This document shows, piece after piece, positions 50,782 through 62,150 of a stretch of DNA of 64,000 nucleotides. This DNA comes from Stegostoma tigrinum (taxonomy: Eukaryota): contig NC_081377.1 in assembly GCF_030684315.1 (NCBI RefSeq), positions 33,542,001-33,606,000 on the forward strand, given 5' to 3'. Made by a program: the position numbers and the translations under genes. The notes under the pieces were generated by a model, which saw nothing but the letters and a program-made list of their open reading frames with translations, was not told where the DNA came from and did no database searches. Within the stretch, counting starts at the first letter, position 1. The number at the start of each line of letters is the position of its first letter.

Positions 50782-51025
50782 TCTCGGCCCGAAACATCAG
50801 CTTTCGTGCTCCTAAGATGCTGCTTGGCCTGCTGTGTTCATCCAGCGCCGCACTTTGTTATCTCGGATTCTCCAGCATCTGCAGTTCCCGTTATCTCTGA
50901 GAACAGTGGATGCTGTTAATCAGAAACACAAACAAAAAATGCTGGAAAAGCTCAGCAGGTCTGGAAGCAGCTGTGAAGAGAAATCAGAGTTAACATTTTG
51001 GGTCTAGTCACCCTTCCTCAGAACA
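50782..51025. mobile_element. Two adjacent Penelope termini of different families in opposite orientation
   Basis: 50782-50900 plus-oriented terminus; 50915-51025 minus-oriented terminus of the second family containing a CTGAGGA..AAAATGTT core. Confidence 0.75.
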
Positions 51026-51354
51026 TGAACATAAAATAAGTCACATTAGGAAATATTCGGTCAGATGATCAAAAGCACAATCAATAATATTTTAAGGAGC
51101 GTCTTAAAGGAGGAAAATGAGAAACAGGAGTTTAGGGAGGGTGAAGCAGAGCTCATCAATTCTATTAGTTACATCCTGGAATAATTCGGTAGAATTGTCA
51201 AAACGTGACAATTTCATGTTATAAATCAATGCTGATTCTGATGATGCCAGCAGTGTTTTCCACTTTTACATTGTGTATAACATCATAAACTTAGTACTCA
51301 GTTTGTGAGGGATACATTTGGGTCAGAAACAATTGTACCACCTTTTGTCCTTGT

Positions 51355-52345
51355 CCAGTGGTCCCCAGCGTTACATACCAGACTTCAACCAATTCGATTC
51401 AATCTGTATGATGTCATGAAACGTTTGAAGGCACAGGATGCCACAAAGCTATGGGCTCTGACAACATCCTGGTGGTACCAAGGATGTGCCCCAGAACTTG
51501 ATGTATCACTAGCCAAGCTGTTCCAGTACAGCTATAACACTATCTACCAGACCAGATAGAAACTTGATCAGATATGTCACGTACACAAAAAGCAGGCCAA
51601 ATCCATTCCAGCCAAATACCACTACAGCTGTCTCAATTATCAGTAAACTGATGGCAGGTGTCATCAACAGTGCTATCAAGCAACATCTGCTCGGTGAAGC
51701 TCAGTTTTGGTTCTATCCAGGCCTTTCAGCTCCTGACCTCTTTACAGCCCTTGGCTCAAACTTGAGACAAAAGAGCTGAATTCCAGAAGTGAGGTGAGAG
51801 TGCATTTCTTGACCTGAAAGTACATTTGACCAAATCCGGCATCAAAGAGCTGTAGCAAAATTGGAGTTAATAGAAATCAGAGATAAAACTGGTTAGAGTC
51901 ATACCTAAAGGTAGGTGATTTTGGTGTTGGAGATCAGTCATCTCAGCTTCAGGATATCGCTGCAGGAGTTTCTTAGAGTAATGTCCTTGGCCCAACTATC
52001 AGCAGCTGTTTCAATGATCTACCCTCCATCATAAAGTATGAAGTGGAGATATTTGCTGACGGTTACAAAATATTCAGCACCTTTCGTGACTCCTCAGATA
52101 CTGAAGTGGTCCATGGCCAAATGCAGCAAGATCCAGACAGTATTGCAGCTTGGGATGACATGTGCCAACTAACATTCATGCTACAGGCAATGAACATCTT
52201 CAATATCACCTTTTTGACATTCAGCGGTATTGTCATCACTGAGTCCTTCAGCATCAACATCCTGAGATTTAGCATTGACCAAAAACTGAACTGTACTAGT
52301 TATCACAAGAACTATAGCTGCAGGAGAAGGTCAGAGGGATGAGGA
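51355..52345 (+). mobile_element. Degenerate copy of the LINE family at 1-1290
   Basis: CAPELDVSLAKLFQYSYN, SIISKLMAGVINSAIKQHL, IFADG..FSTFRDSSDTE colinear with 1-830. Confidence 0.85.
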
Positions 52346-52857
52346 ACAATGACGTACATTTAAGAAAATAGTTTATGATTCACAACAAAGATATATTCCA
52401 GTGAGAATCAAGAATTCAAGAAAGGGGATTAATCAACTATGGCTAACCAGCATCAACTTGAAAGAAACAACATACAATGCAGCAACAATTAGAAGAAAGC
52501 CAGAGGACTGTGAAAATTTTAAAAACTGACAAAAGTTGAACAAATTAATGATGATAAACTTTGAAGGTAAACATATGTAGTATCAAAAAGGATAGCAAGG
52601 ACTTCTTTAAAATGATAAGAGGGAGGAGAGGGCCAAAGAGAGCGTAGGCACTCTTAGAGAATGAGGATAGGGAAATGATAAGGAGCCAGGAAAATTCAGA
52701 AGAGATGAATAAATACATTGCATGTTTGCATTGACACTGTTCCAAAAGCACTAAATAAGGGACAAGAGGAGGAGAGGAAATAAATGCTATAACAATCACT
52801 GGAGGAAAAGCACTAGACAAAGTAATGAGGCTAAAGACCCATCAGTCCCCTAAACCT

Positions 52858-54139
52858 AGATAATGAAATGTGAGGCTGGATGAACACAGCAGGCCCAGCA
52901 GCATCTCAGGAGCACAAAAGCTGACGTTTCGGGCCTAGACACTTCATCAGAGAGGGGGATGGTGTGAGGGTTCTGGAATAAATAGAGAGCGGGAGGCGGA
53001 CCGAAGATGGAGAGAAAAGAAGATAGGTGGAGAGGAGAGTATAGGTGGGGAGGTAGGGAGGGGATAGGTCAGTCCAGGGAAGACGGACAGGTCAAGGAGG
53101 TGGGATGAGGTTAGTAGGTAGGAGATGGAGGTGCAGCTTGGGGGTGAGAGGAAGAACAGGTTAGGGAGGCAGAGACAGGTTGGACTGGTTATGGGATGCA
53201 GTGGGTGGAGGGGAGAGCTGGGCTAGTTTTGGGATGCGGTGGGGGAAGGGGAGATTTTGAAGCTGGTGAAGTCCACATTGATACCATTGGGCTGCAGGGT
53301 TCCCACGCGGAATATGAGTTGCTGTTCCTGCAACCTTCGGGTGGCATCATTGTGGCACTGCAGGAGGCCCATGATGGACATGTCATCTAAAGAATGGGAG
53401 GGGGAGTGGAAATGGTTTGCGACTGGGAGGTGCAGTTGTTTATTGCGAACCGAGCGGAGGTGTTCTGCAAAGCGGTCCCCAAGCCTCCGCTTGGTTTCCC
53501 CAATGTAGAGGAAGCCACACCGGGTACAGTGGATGCAGTATACCACACTGGCAGATGTGCAGGTGAACCTCTGCTTAATGTGGAAAGTCATCTTGGGGCC
53601 TGGGATAGGGGTGAGGGAGGAGGTGTGGGGGCAAGTGTAGCATTTCCTGCGGTTGCAGGGGAAGGTGCCGGGTGTGGTGGGGTTGGAGGGCAGTGTGGAG
53701 CGAACAAGGGAGTCACAGAGAGAGTGATCTCTCCGCAAAGCAGACAGGGGTGGGGATGGAAAAATGTCTTGGGTGGTGGGGTCTCACCCATCCCTTCCTC
53801 CCATCCCAAGCCGCACCTCCATCTCCTACCTACTAACCTCATCTCACCTCCTTGACCTGTCCGTCTTCCCTGGACTGACCTATCCCCTCCCCACCTCCCC
53901 ACCTATACTCTCCTCTCCACCTATCTTCTTTTCTCTCCATCTTCGGTCCGCCTCCCCCTCTCTCCCTATTTATTCCAGAACCCTCACCCCATCCCCCTCT
54001 CTGATGAAGGGTCTAGGCCCGAAACGTTAGCTTTTGTGCTCCTGAGATGCTGCTGGGCCTGCTGTGTTCATCCAGCCTCACATTTTATTATCACATTTTA
54101 TTATCTTGGATTCTCTAGCATCTGCAATTCCCATTATCA
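52858..54139 (-). mobile_element. Young Penelope-like (Neptune-type) element: GIY-YIG endonuclease segment between ~300-bp inverted pseudo-LTR arms
   Basis: ORF 53223-53738: PCNRRKCYTC linker, VVYCIHC..LYIGETKRRLGDRFAEH..PNGIN; inverted arms 52860-53160 and 53785-54092; exact TSD CAGTCCCCTAAACCT at 52843 and 54140. Confidence 0.93.
54001..54028 (+). ncRNA. Minimal hammerhead ribozyme core in the Penelope pseudo-LTR (mirror copy at 52923-52950 on minus)
   Basis: CTGATGA-A-GGGT(CTAG)GCCC-GAAA-CGTT. Confidence 0.6.
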
Positions 54140-54619
54140 CAGTCCCCTAAACCTTATGGATTGCATCCGAGGATGTTAAAATGAGTAGCTACAAACGTAG
54201 TGCATTTACTGATTGTCATCTTTCAAGTATCCTGAGATTTTGGAAAGGACCCAGAAGATTGGAATACTGCTAATGTAACACCTTTATTTTCAAGGGGAGG
54301 AGACAGAGTAAGGTAACAAGGTCATTAAGCTTAACATGTCTTATTGGGAAAATGTTAGAGCTCATGTTAATATACTGCCTCCAATACCATGGTTTCTTCT
54401 TAAGTAGGCCAACATGTGGCACCTTAAACAGCATCTGAAAATCCAAATACATTACCTTCACTGTTTTCTTTTCACCGATCCTCCTTGTTACTGCCTCAAA
54501 GAATTCTATTAAATTTGTCTGGCATAATTCGCCTTTGCAAACTCTTGCTAACTCTGAATGATCATATTATGTATTTCTAAATGCTGTGGTATTACATACC
54601 TTATAATAGTCTAATAGAT

Positions 54620-54890
54620 CTTTTTCTTATCCTCCCACACTGTCTCTCGATCTCGTCTTTCCATTCTCTCTTTCGCCACCCATCACTATCTCTTCCACTA
54701 TTTATCTCTCTCCTATTCTTCAACTTTGTATATTTCTCTCTTTATCTCCTACTGTCTGTCTCTGGAGCTGTCCACCCAATCTCTCCTATTCTATTTTTCA
54801 CTTCCACTTCCTCTATTTGTCCCTATCTTCCTATTCCTCTCCCTTCTTCACCATTTCCAGCATTCCCACTACTCCCCTTCTCTACCTGTT
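54620..54890 (+). repeat. Pyrimidine-rich low-complexity tract upstream of the PDIA6 promoter
   Basis: About 270 nt strongly dominated by C/T on the plus strand. Confidence 0.6.
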
Positions 54891-54993
54891 GCATTGCTGA
54901 ACTCAGCCAGCGGCGCCGCTGCTGCTGACACGTGTCCGTTTATTGATTGGTGAAAGCCGTGGAAGCCGCGGTGAAGTCACAAAGAAGCAACAG

Positions 54994-55012
54994 CCAATGG
55001 GCGGCGGCCACG
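54994..55012 (+). promoter_or_regulatory. ER stress response element (ERSE-I)
   Basis: CCAAT-GGGCGGCGG-CCACG is an exact CCAAT-N9-CCACG consensus with a GC-rich spacer, upstream of an ER chaperone gene. Confidence 0.85.
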
Positions 55013-55063
55013 GCAGGAGCAGGAACGCGCTGTGCCGAGCGTGACCAGTAAAGCGACTAATCA

Positions 55064-55222
55064 GGCTGGTCAGAAGCAGCTGTCCGAGAGAGCTAGGGGT
55101 CAACCGATTGGCCGGAGGCAGCTGCTCAACACACTGACCACAAGCGAGAGGGGAGTTACCCGACTGGCCGGAGGCAGCTGCCCGACACACTGACCACCCG
55201 CGAGAGAGGGACTGGCTGGAGG
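55064..55222 (+). repeat. Degenerate ~56-bp tandem repeat in PDIA6 promoter/5' UTR
   Basis: CCGA(T/C)TGGCCGGAGGCAGCTGC..ACACACTGACCAC..GCGAGAG starts at 55104 and 55160; partial copies near 55064 and 55210. Confidence 0.8.
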
Positions 55223-55365
55223 TGCGCCCGTGAGGTAGGGACTAACCGCCGGTGCTCGCCGACTGAGACAGGGCCCAAGCTCCAGTTCGCCACCGCCTCC
55301 CTTTCTTCACCGACCAGCGCAACCGGATCACCTAGGTGCCAACTAAGCAGCTCAGGAGCAGCGAG

Positions 55366-55387
55366 ATGGGGCTGCTTCGTGTGCTCG
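55366..55387 (+). CDS. PDIA6: Protein disulfide isomerase A6 (P5), coding exon 1 (MGLLRVL-G, start of signal peptide)
   Basis: gagATGG Kozak-like start; donor CTCG|GTGAGT; 22 nt, phase 1; in frame with exon 2. Confidence 0.9.
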
Positions 55388-56089
55388 GTGAGTATCTGCC
55401 ACTCTACCTTTTACATCGTAAAGGACGCGAATCTTTGAAACGGAGAAATGCACTGACTGACATCCCTTGGCCTTGCGACTTGGTATCCAAACATACCCGC
55501 ACCCCATGGACACGCGGGAAGGCCGTCCTGCCTCATTTGAGTAACGTTAAAGTCTGATGTCTGGCTAGTTACGCCAAAAGGTCGAGGAAATCTTTTAGTG
55601 GGTCCAATTAATGCAACATATGAGATGTGAAGGATATGTGTTGCTATAAACTTACTAAAATGTTCACTCGCTTTCCCCAACACGACTTATTTTTGAATGG
55701 AGTTTGCTTTTTTCCCCCCTTGCAGGTACTCCAAAGTTGTTCTGTGATTTTTTTATAATGCAAATATGTCGGGTGAAGTTTCATGAATCTACAATTATAG
55801 TATTCTTGAACCTCGTGAAAACTTTGATTTTTGGAACTGCAAATTGACATTAACGTAAAGCAGCTTCTATGTGCTAAAGTGACTCAGTGAAACTTGATAT
55901 AAAACGATTCTAGCCTTCTAAGATTTTTCCAGAAGGAAGTTGAGATTGTGCCTACTTCAAATGAGAAGTAATTACTGAGAATAAGCAAAATTTTGATCAC
56001 AGCTAATGTTGCTAGGTATATTTTAATGTCTTGATAAAACAAGAAATCAAAAAAAATCATAGTATGTGCAAATATTTTGTTTGATGGGA

Positions 56090-56205
56090 CTTGAGTGTCA
56101 GTGATACACTAGCCCTTATTGCCTATCCCTAATTGCCCAGAGGGTGATTGGGTTGCTATATTGCTGTGGGTCTCATGCAGCTTAACCAGGTAAGGAGGGC
56201 AAACC
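56090..56205 (-). mobile_element. Fragment of the SINE family at 36640 (PDIA6 intron 1)
   Basis: TTATTGCCTATCCCTAATTGCCC..TTGCTGTGGGTCT..ACCAGGTAAGGA. Confidence 0.6.
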
Positions 56206-57083
56206 ATTTTTCATCCAAAAGTTCTCTGAACATATTTTTTTGCCATCACCAAATCATCCGTAGCTTATTTTCATTTGTTAGTCCCCTCCATTAAACTAAG
56301 TAATCAAGTGATTAATTTAAATACACTGCTCCTTTTAAGGAAATACAGCCTAAAGGACACTAGTGAACTAGATCAACAATTATTGCATGTTTTCCCCTAG
56401 GCAAACTTTAAATGACATGTTAAAACTTGATTCAGCACTCTAGTCAGGGGCTATTCCAGTGAACCTTAATCAAGTTAATTTTTCAATCAAAAATTGTGAC
56501 CAGATTTCTGCAGTTTACACGGTTGGTTAAACTTTTTTTAATAGTATTGTGTTGCATATGCTGTTGTGAACTTAGGCCTAAAGTGAGTGTGCAGAGGAAG
56601 GAAGAATATTTTTGTGTGGAGGAAAAGTGGACACAACATATAGTTTAACTGGCTCAATCTGCATTATGCTGCAGTTTAATTTTAAATGTTAAATATTCCT
56701 ATAGAGTTTACATTAACTGTAGAATCACTAATGGAGTTTTCTTGGCTTGTTAACTAGTTCTAATCACTGAATTAATATCTAGAAAGAAATGTATGATTTT
56801 GAAACGTACGTTGCTCCGTAAGCCACTAATTTTGAGTTACACAACCTTTCTAAGATTTGCATGACAAACCTGGCACAACTTTTGAAGTTCAATGATATGT
56901 TTGTAGTGTTGTATAAGATGTATGTTTCATCAGCAAATGTTATACTGAATTTATGCAAGGAATGACTTGGAAAAACTTATTTAAATTTTTTAAAAGTTTT
57001 TTTGTGGGCATGTTTTTGATCCAGCTATATCTGCAGTATCAACATTCTGAATCTAACATTGATGTCCTGTTTTGCTTTGGCAG

Positions 57084-57222
57084 GTATTTTTGGGTCTTTG
57101 CTGGTTACTGTTCATGCTCTCTACTCAGCAAGTGATGATGTTGTAGAACTAACCCAAAGTAACTTCAACAGAGAAGTAATCGAAAGTGATGAACTTTGGT
57201 TGGTGGAGTTTTATGCACCATG
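57084..57222 (+). CDS. PDIA6: PDIA6 coding exon 2 ([46 protein letters not shown])
   Basis: Acceptor tttggcag|GT, donor TG|GTAAGT; 139 nt; mature N-terminus LYSxSDDVVEL and WLVEFYAPW typical of PDIA6. Confidence 0.96.
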
Positions 57223-59037
57223 GTAAGTCAAAATGACACCAATTTGATCATTGGCACATGCTACACCTTGTTAATTATGAATCAGGTCATGGTGAGTGTG
57301 AATGCTACTACTGTAGCCTATTGTTTTACAGCCTCATGGTATTCCCCTCCCATTTTATTGTTTTGTATTTTACTTTGTATACAGCATTTAAAACAGACAA
57401 GCTTAAGGGAAAGAAGTATGCATTTACCCTTGTTTATGATAATAGCCATCCAGTTTAAAACTGGCACTTAAAATGGTGATAATGTTTGAGTTCATTGCAC
57501 ATGAGTAGTGCTCCATGCTGCTTTTGCAGACTAAGCAGAAAACCTAATTATTTGGATTTAAGGTAATCCCAGAAATAATGTAGATCAAAGGTAGTCTGAT
57601 ATTTTTTCCATAAGGAAATTCAAATGTAAATGTCATTTCTAAAAGTCTCTAAGAAATATCTAGGTCAGATTGATCCAGCTAAATGTCAGACAGTATAATT
57701 GTGTGTAAAATTTGCTTTTCTCAGCAGTAGGAGTTTGTTCTCTTCCCCTTCTGAGTAAATACATGATGTTTGCCACATCTTGCAGGATGAAAGTGAACAA
57801 TTTTGTTCATCGTAACATTTACCTGAAACATTTCTTTAGGAGCTCAATTTCAATTGTCCCATGAATGTTTGCTAGAGAGAGAGTAGAATTAAGCTGAATG
57901 GACAGAACAGATTCTATTAATGCACTTTTTGGTTTTCTTAAAGGCATTATACAAAGATTATTTTCCTCATTGTTTTGAAAGTCATTAAATCATGCAAACT
58001 GAAATAGCATAAAAGCATGTTTCAGATCTTTTGTAGTGTTATAAAAGATTGCCTGCTTAGAGCATATGATGGCCCAGGAATTGTAAATCCATATTAAGAT
58101 TCTGTAACAGGTTATCTTGTCTACTGAATTCTTTGGTCGTCTAACTTATAGGTCATGTCTACATACTCACCTTGACAAATGACAAGCGTATATAATGATG
58201 AGCAGGTGATCAGCGAACTGCACTTCATGACACAGTTTATTAGACTAAAGTGTCATCTTTGTCTAAGCTACAAGCTTATTCTTGTAACTAATTTCTTGGT
58301 TTTGTCCCCGACCACTCTTTAGAACTGAAACAGACCTCTTCCATTCAAAGTTAATTTATGACTTGCCATACCTCCGTCATTGCTACGTAACCATCTCTTC
58401 CTTGTGCTAACTAGTAAAGCTCTACATGTGCTGTTGCTCTGAAACATGATTATTAAATTCCTAATCACTCGTCACCCTTTAATGTCAGCTGTCTGAAACT
58501 TTGTCCAATTGTAAGTCCTTACACGCCTCTTGGTCTTTGAGTGCCACTAAGTGTTAGCTCAGTAAACTTCCAGGTCAGGATCTGAGATCAGTATATGCTT
58601 TATTTAAATAAATATTTTAAATTTTCCAACTTTTGCAAATCCGATCTTGAACGTCTATGGTTGGATTGTCTGAAATACAGCTCATTCTCTGACACTTCGT
58701 TGAAATTACTTGTGTTTGCAAGATAATTACTGCAGGCAGAAAATGCAGCTTTAAAAAAATAAAAGCATGACAACACTTGAACTTCTTTGCTTAACTGCAA
58801 TTTTTTGGTAACTTAACATTCTTTGCTTCACTGAATATGGAAAATCTAAGTGAAATCCATGCTTTAAAAATGGAATCTGATCATTTTGTTGGTAAATATG
58901 TACAAAAGTACTAGCATTCAAAGTTGTTCACTCATAGCTGTAGTAATTGTTTATCTTTAGTCATGCATTTATAATAGTGAATATTGAGCACTCTTTGTTT
59001 GAACCTGATTTTAGTTGACTGTCTTGTCCTGTTTCAG

Positions 59038-59095
59038 GTGTGGACATTGTCAGAATTTGGCCCCAGAGTGGAAGAAAGCTGCATCAGCCTTGAAG
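59038..59095 (+). CDS. PDIA6: PDIA6 coding exon 3 (CGHCQNLAPEWKKAASALK; first CGHC active site)
   Basis: Acceptor gtttcag|G, donor AAG|GTTTAT; 58 nt; completes WCGHC. Confidence 0.96.
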
Positions 59096-59299
59096 GTTTA
59101 TAATGAATTGCATGCAACTTAATGAACTTTTTGACTATGAATTGTGTTTCAGATTAACTGTTTGGAAATGAGAAATATTTTAGCTTTATTGGAATACTTG
59201 TATTGACAGTGCTTTTAGGAAGGATGTAAAGTCATTCAGAGGCTGTGGTGTGGAGGTGATTTTCTAGAATTTTTCAAGATGAGAGATTTTAGCTACAAA

Positions 59300-60055
59300 A
59301 TAAGTTGGAGAAGGAGGTTTGTTCTCCTTGGAGCAAAGATGATTGAGGTGACAGGATGGATGTTCACAAAGTTATTACAGGGTTAGATAAGATAGATAAA
59401 AGCTTTTCCCATTAAGAGATGGTACAAGGACTAGGAGGACACTTTTTTTAAGATTCTGGGCAACAGCTATGGAACCTCTTGTATAGCAAGTGTAATGTTT
59501 TAACTCATTGCTTTGGGTGGTGTCAAAGTGTCCAGTGATTAGTGAGGTGCCATTCAGTTGTAGAGGACCTTGGAGTATCATGTGCAGTATTGGTATCCTT
59601 CTCTGATGAATGATCCTCTGGTATGGAGGAAGTGCAACTAAGGCTTACCAGATTGGTTCCTGAGATGATGGGACCGATGTAGTAAGGGAAATTAGAGCTA
59701 TAGTCACTGGTGTTTAGAAGGATGAAGGGTAATCTTGTGGCATTGAGGAAGACAAACACAGGAAGGATGTTCCCAATGACTGGAGTCCAGAACCAGAAGT
59801 CTGAAGGATAAGGGGTGTAGGCAATTGGTACTGAATGAGCAATTCTGAGAGAACCTGTGGAATTCTCTGCCATAGAATAGTTGATGCTAAAACACTGTTT
59901 TCAAGAAGTTGATCGATATAGGCCTTGGGGTTGAAAGGTTCAGAGGCTATGAGGAGAATATAGGAACAGGGTACCAAGTTGAATGATTGTATTGAATGCT
60001 AGAGCAGGCTGTCAGAGCTGAGGCCCCCTTCTCATGTGTTCTATCTTTCTATGCT
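59300..60055 (+). mobile_element. Degenerate CR1 3' fragments (PDIA6 intron 3)
   Basis: Remnants TTCTCCTTGGAGCAAAGATGATTGAGGTGAC, CCTGTGGAATTCTCTGCCA; tail AGAGCAGGCT. Confidence 0.65.
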
Positions 60056-60187
60056 AACCAAGTGTTTCTTAGTGATGGGGTGCTGTGCTGTAGAATGTAC
60101 AAGAAATGGTGTTTTGCAATCCCTTGAGACTTCATTGAAGAAAAGATGAAATTATGACTTTGCTTTATGACTCTTGTAATATTGCAG

Positions 60188-60314
60188 GGAATAGTGAAGG
60201 TTGGGGCCGTGGATGCAGACAAGCATCAGTCTCTTGGTGGACAGTATGGCATTCAGGGATTCCCAACTATCAAGCTATTTGGAGTAAATAAGAATAAACC
60301 AGATGATTATAATG
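60188..60314 (+). CDS. PDIA6: PDIA6 coding exon 4 ([42 protein letters not shown])
   Basis: Acceptor attgcag|GGA, donor ATG|GTAAGA; 127 nt; GFPTIK cis-Pro motif. Confidence 0.97.
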
Positions 60315-60867
60315 GTAAGAAAAATTATGTGGCGATACTTGAATCAGTCAGATTACTAAAGATTATAACAGTTCAATTTGAAAACTTAAAGGGTGATTCA
60401 GTAGCTGAAAAAGTTCAGAGTTAAACAGCACACACTTAAAAGGGAATTTCTCTCCGACTGTACTTGAGCCAGTGGTTCATTAAGACTTGAAGTGATATGT
60501 AGCCTGTCCTTTTTTAGTCTTTTTCTACATGCAAAAGTAATCAACGGTTCCAGCCTAAGTGTTGTTTATCCTGAAAAAACTGTTAAAATTTGCCATGTTT
60601 TAGGAGTGCTAAATGCTTGTTTATTTGAAGTACCAAATCTCTAATTGAAAGCTACTGTTGTAATTGCATGACTAAATTGTAAAAAGCTGAATTAAATCAG
60701 GGGCTTATGTTTTAACGGAGTGCATTACATTGTCATTTTTAATTCACTTAATCATTGTGATGTTAAATTTTTTTTTAACTTTTGTGGAGGCTGGCTCCTG
60801 TTGTAAATTCATGAACTGCAACTTAATTCAAGAAATACATTGTAAGATTGTCATTGATTACATGCAG

Positions 60868-60974
60868 GTGCCAGATCAGCTCAAGGGATCACAGATGCAG
60901 CCATTAATTCTTTAAGGTCAATTGTCCGAGATAGACTCGGAGGCAAGAGCAGCTCAAGTTCTTCTGGGAGAAAG
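60868..60974 (+). CDS. PDIA6: PDIA6 coding exon 5 (GARSAQGITDAAINSLRSIVRDRLGGKSSSSSSGRK)
   Basis: Acceptor catgcag|GT, donor AAG|GTAAAA; 107 nt; DRLGG plus Ser/Gly linker characteristic of PDIA6. Confidence 0.95.
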
Positions 60975-61489
60975 GTAAAAGTCTCTTAATGTGTTTGTAC
61001 TGACAAATATACTTGTGCCGATTGTGATTTTGTTTTATCTTAAACAAACCTAGACACTGAATGCATGTAGAGAAACAGCACATCCGTCACCCAAGAATGA
61101 ATGTCAGGCAGCACACTTGAGTAAACTAGCTACAAGTTCACAACATGGAAATACTTGGCAGCCAGCAGCCGTTCTATTATGGTTAGCAACAATCGGCCTC
61201 TTTGCGCTGCCAGGAGGGGGAGTGGAGGGCTTCTGTTTTGCCATTGGAAGGCAACAAATAGGCTTTTGAGGGGGGCACAAGAGTTGTTTAGTTTGGGAGA
61301 AAACTGGTATTGCAAGAAGATAGAATGTGGCTTCATGGTGTGTGGAAGAAAGAAGAAACCTGCAATCTGGGAAAAAAATGTTTGTTTGACATGGTGGCTT
61401 TTTGTGCATAGAAAAGCCACGCTTTGTGCTGCGGCTTTAAGTTTAATGGTGTTGATGATTGAGGATGACTTCCAATTGGGGGGGTATGG

Positions 61490-62150
61490 TGAGGTGAGGA
61501 AACGATCCACTGCCAGATCTGTACATTTTTCCACATGAGTCAAGTGATGTTTGAAGAGGTGACTGGGTGAGATGCTCAGATTTTCATATGCTCCTTTGTA
61601 TACTTTGCGTTTACATAGGCTTGGTGGAAACGGTCAAGGTAATTGGTTGACACCTTTGCAGATGCTGTTTTTGAGTAAGTGATTCCTGTGAGTGGGAATT
61701 GCTCTTTTTTTTTCAGAAAAGCTTTGAGGATGCCTTTGAAGCACTTCCTGTGCCGTCCTGATAACTACTTGCTGTGATGATGCTTGGAATAGTGAGCTTG
61801 TTTTGAGAATCTTACCAAACATGCAGACACTGTCCATCTGTGGCAAAACAATTTGCAGAGGCACTACTCGTGATATTTGGACCGGACTGGGGTTAAATCA
61901 GATTAGGTGGTCCAGCAGTCATTGGTTCCTGTCATGGTGCAGATGTTGCAAGCATCTTTGTCTCTTGTTGAGATGCTGTTGAGTAGGTGCCAGTGTCCAG
62001 ACTGACGAAGTTGCCATGGTATCTCTTATTTGTTGCTCTGGCACAATAGTGTTGTTTGCCTTTGGCATTTTGTCAGAAAGGGGATTCCTTTTTGTTTGTC
62101 ATCCCTAAACCTTCCTTGCTAATCGCACCTTTTCAGAGATTTGGAATCAC
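61490..62150 (-). mobile_element. RTE-type LINE remnant (PDIA6 intron 5)
   Basis: Minus strand RWT..CM..KQ..YS followed by GRHRKCFKGILKAF, resembling RTE LRWAGHVVRM..GGQRKRFKDTLKASL. Confidence 0.5.

Larger units (their letters stand above)
52345..54385 (+). mobile_element. Old CR1 ORF2 remnant interrupted by the Penelope element
   Basis: Rejoining across the TSD gives LKTHQSPKPYGLHPRMLK (CR1 KSPGPDGLHPRVLK motif), followed by ANVTPLF. Confidence 0.75.
54900..55365 (+). promoter_or_regulatory. CpG-rich PDIA6 promoter / 5' UTR
   Basis: CpG-rich segment directly upstream of exon 1; CCAAT boxes at 54946 (reverse), 54994 and 55107 (reverse); palindrome GACACGTGTC at 54927-54936. Confidence 0.8.

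Noticed and set aside
55064-55222. CRISPR-like repeat/spacer array
   Set aside because: Eukaryotic promoter; units are degenerate tandem copies without unique spacers, and there are no cas genes
55232-55272. Mini-intron in the PDIA6 5' region (GAG|GTAGGG ACTAAC ... ACAG)
   Set aside because: Only about 37 nt, below the plausible vertebrate intron size
61104-61543. Overlapping 100-137-aa ORFs on both strands in PDIA6 intron 5
   Set aside because: No domain similarity; adjoins an RTE LINE remnant and is probably its 3' region
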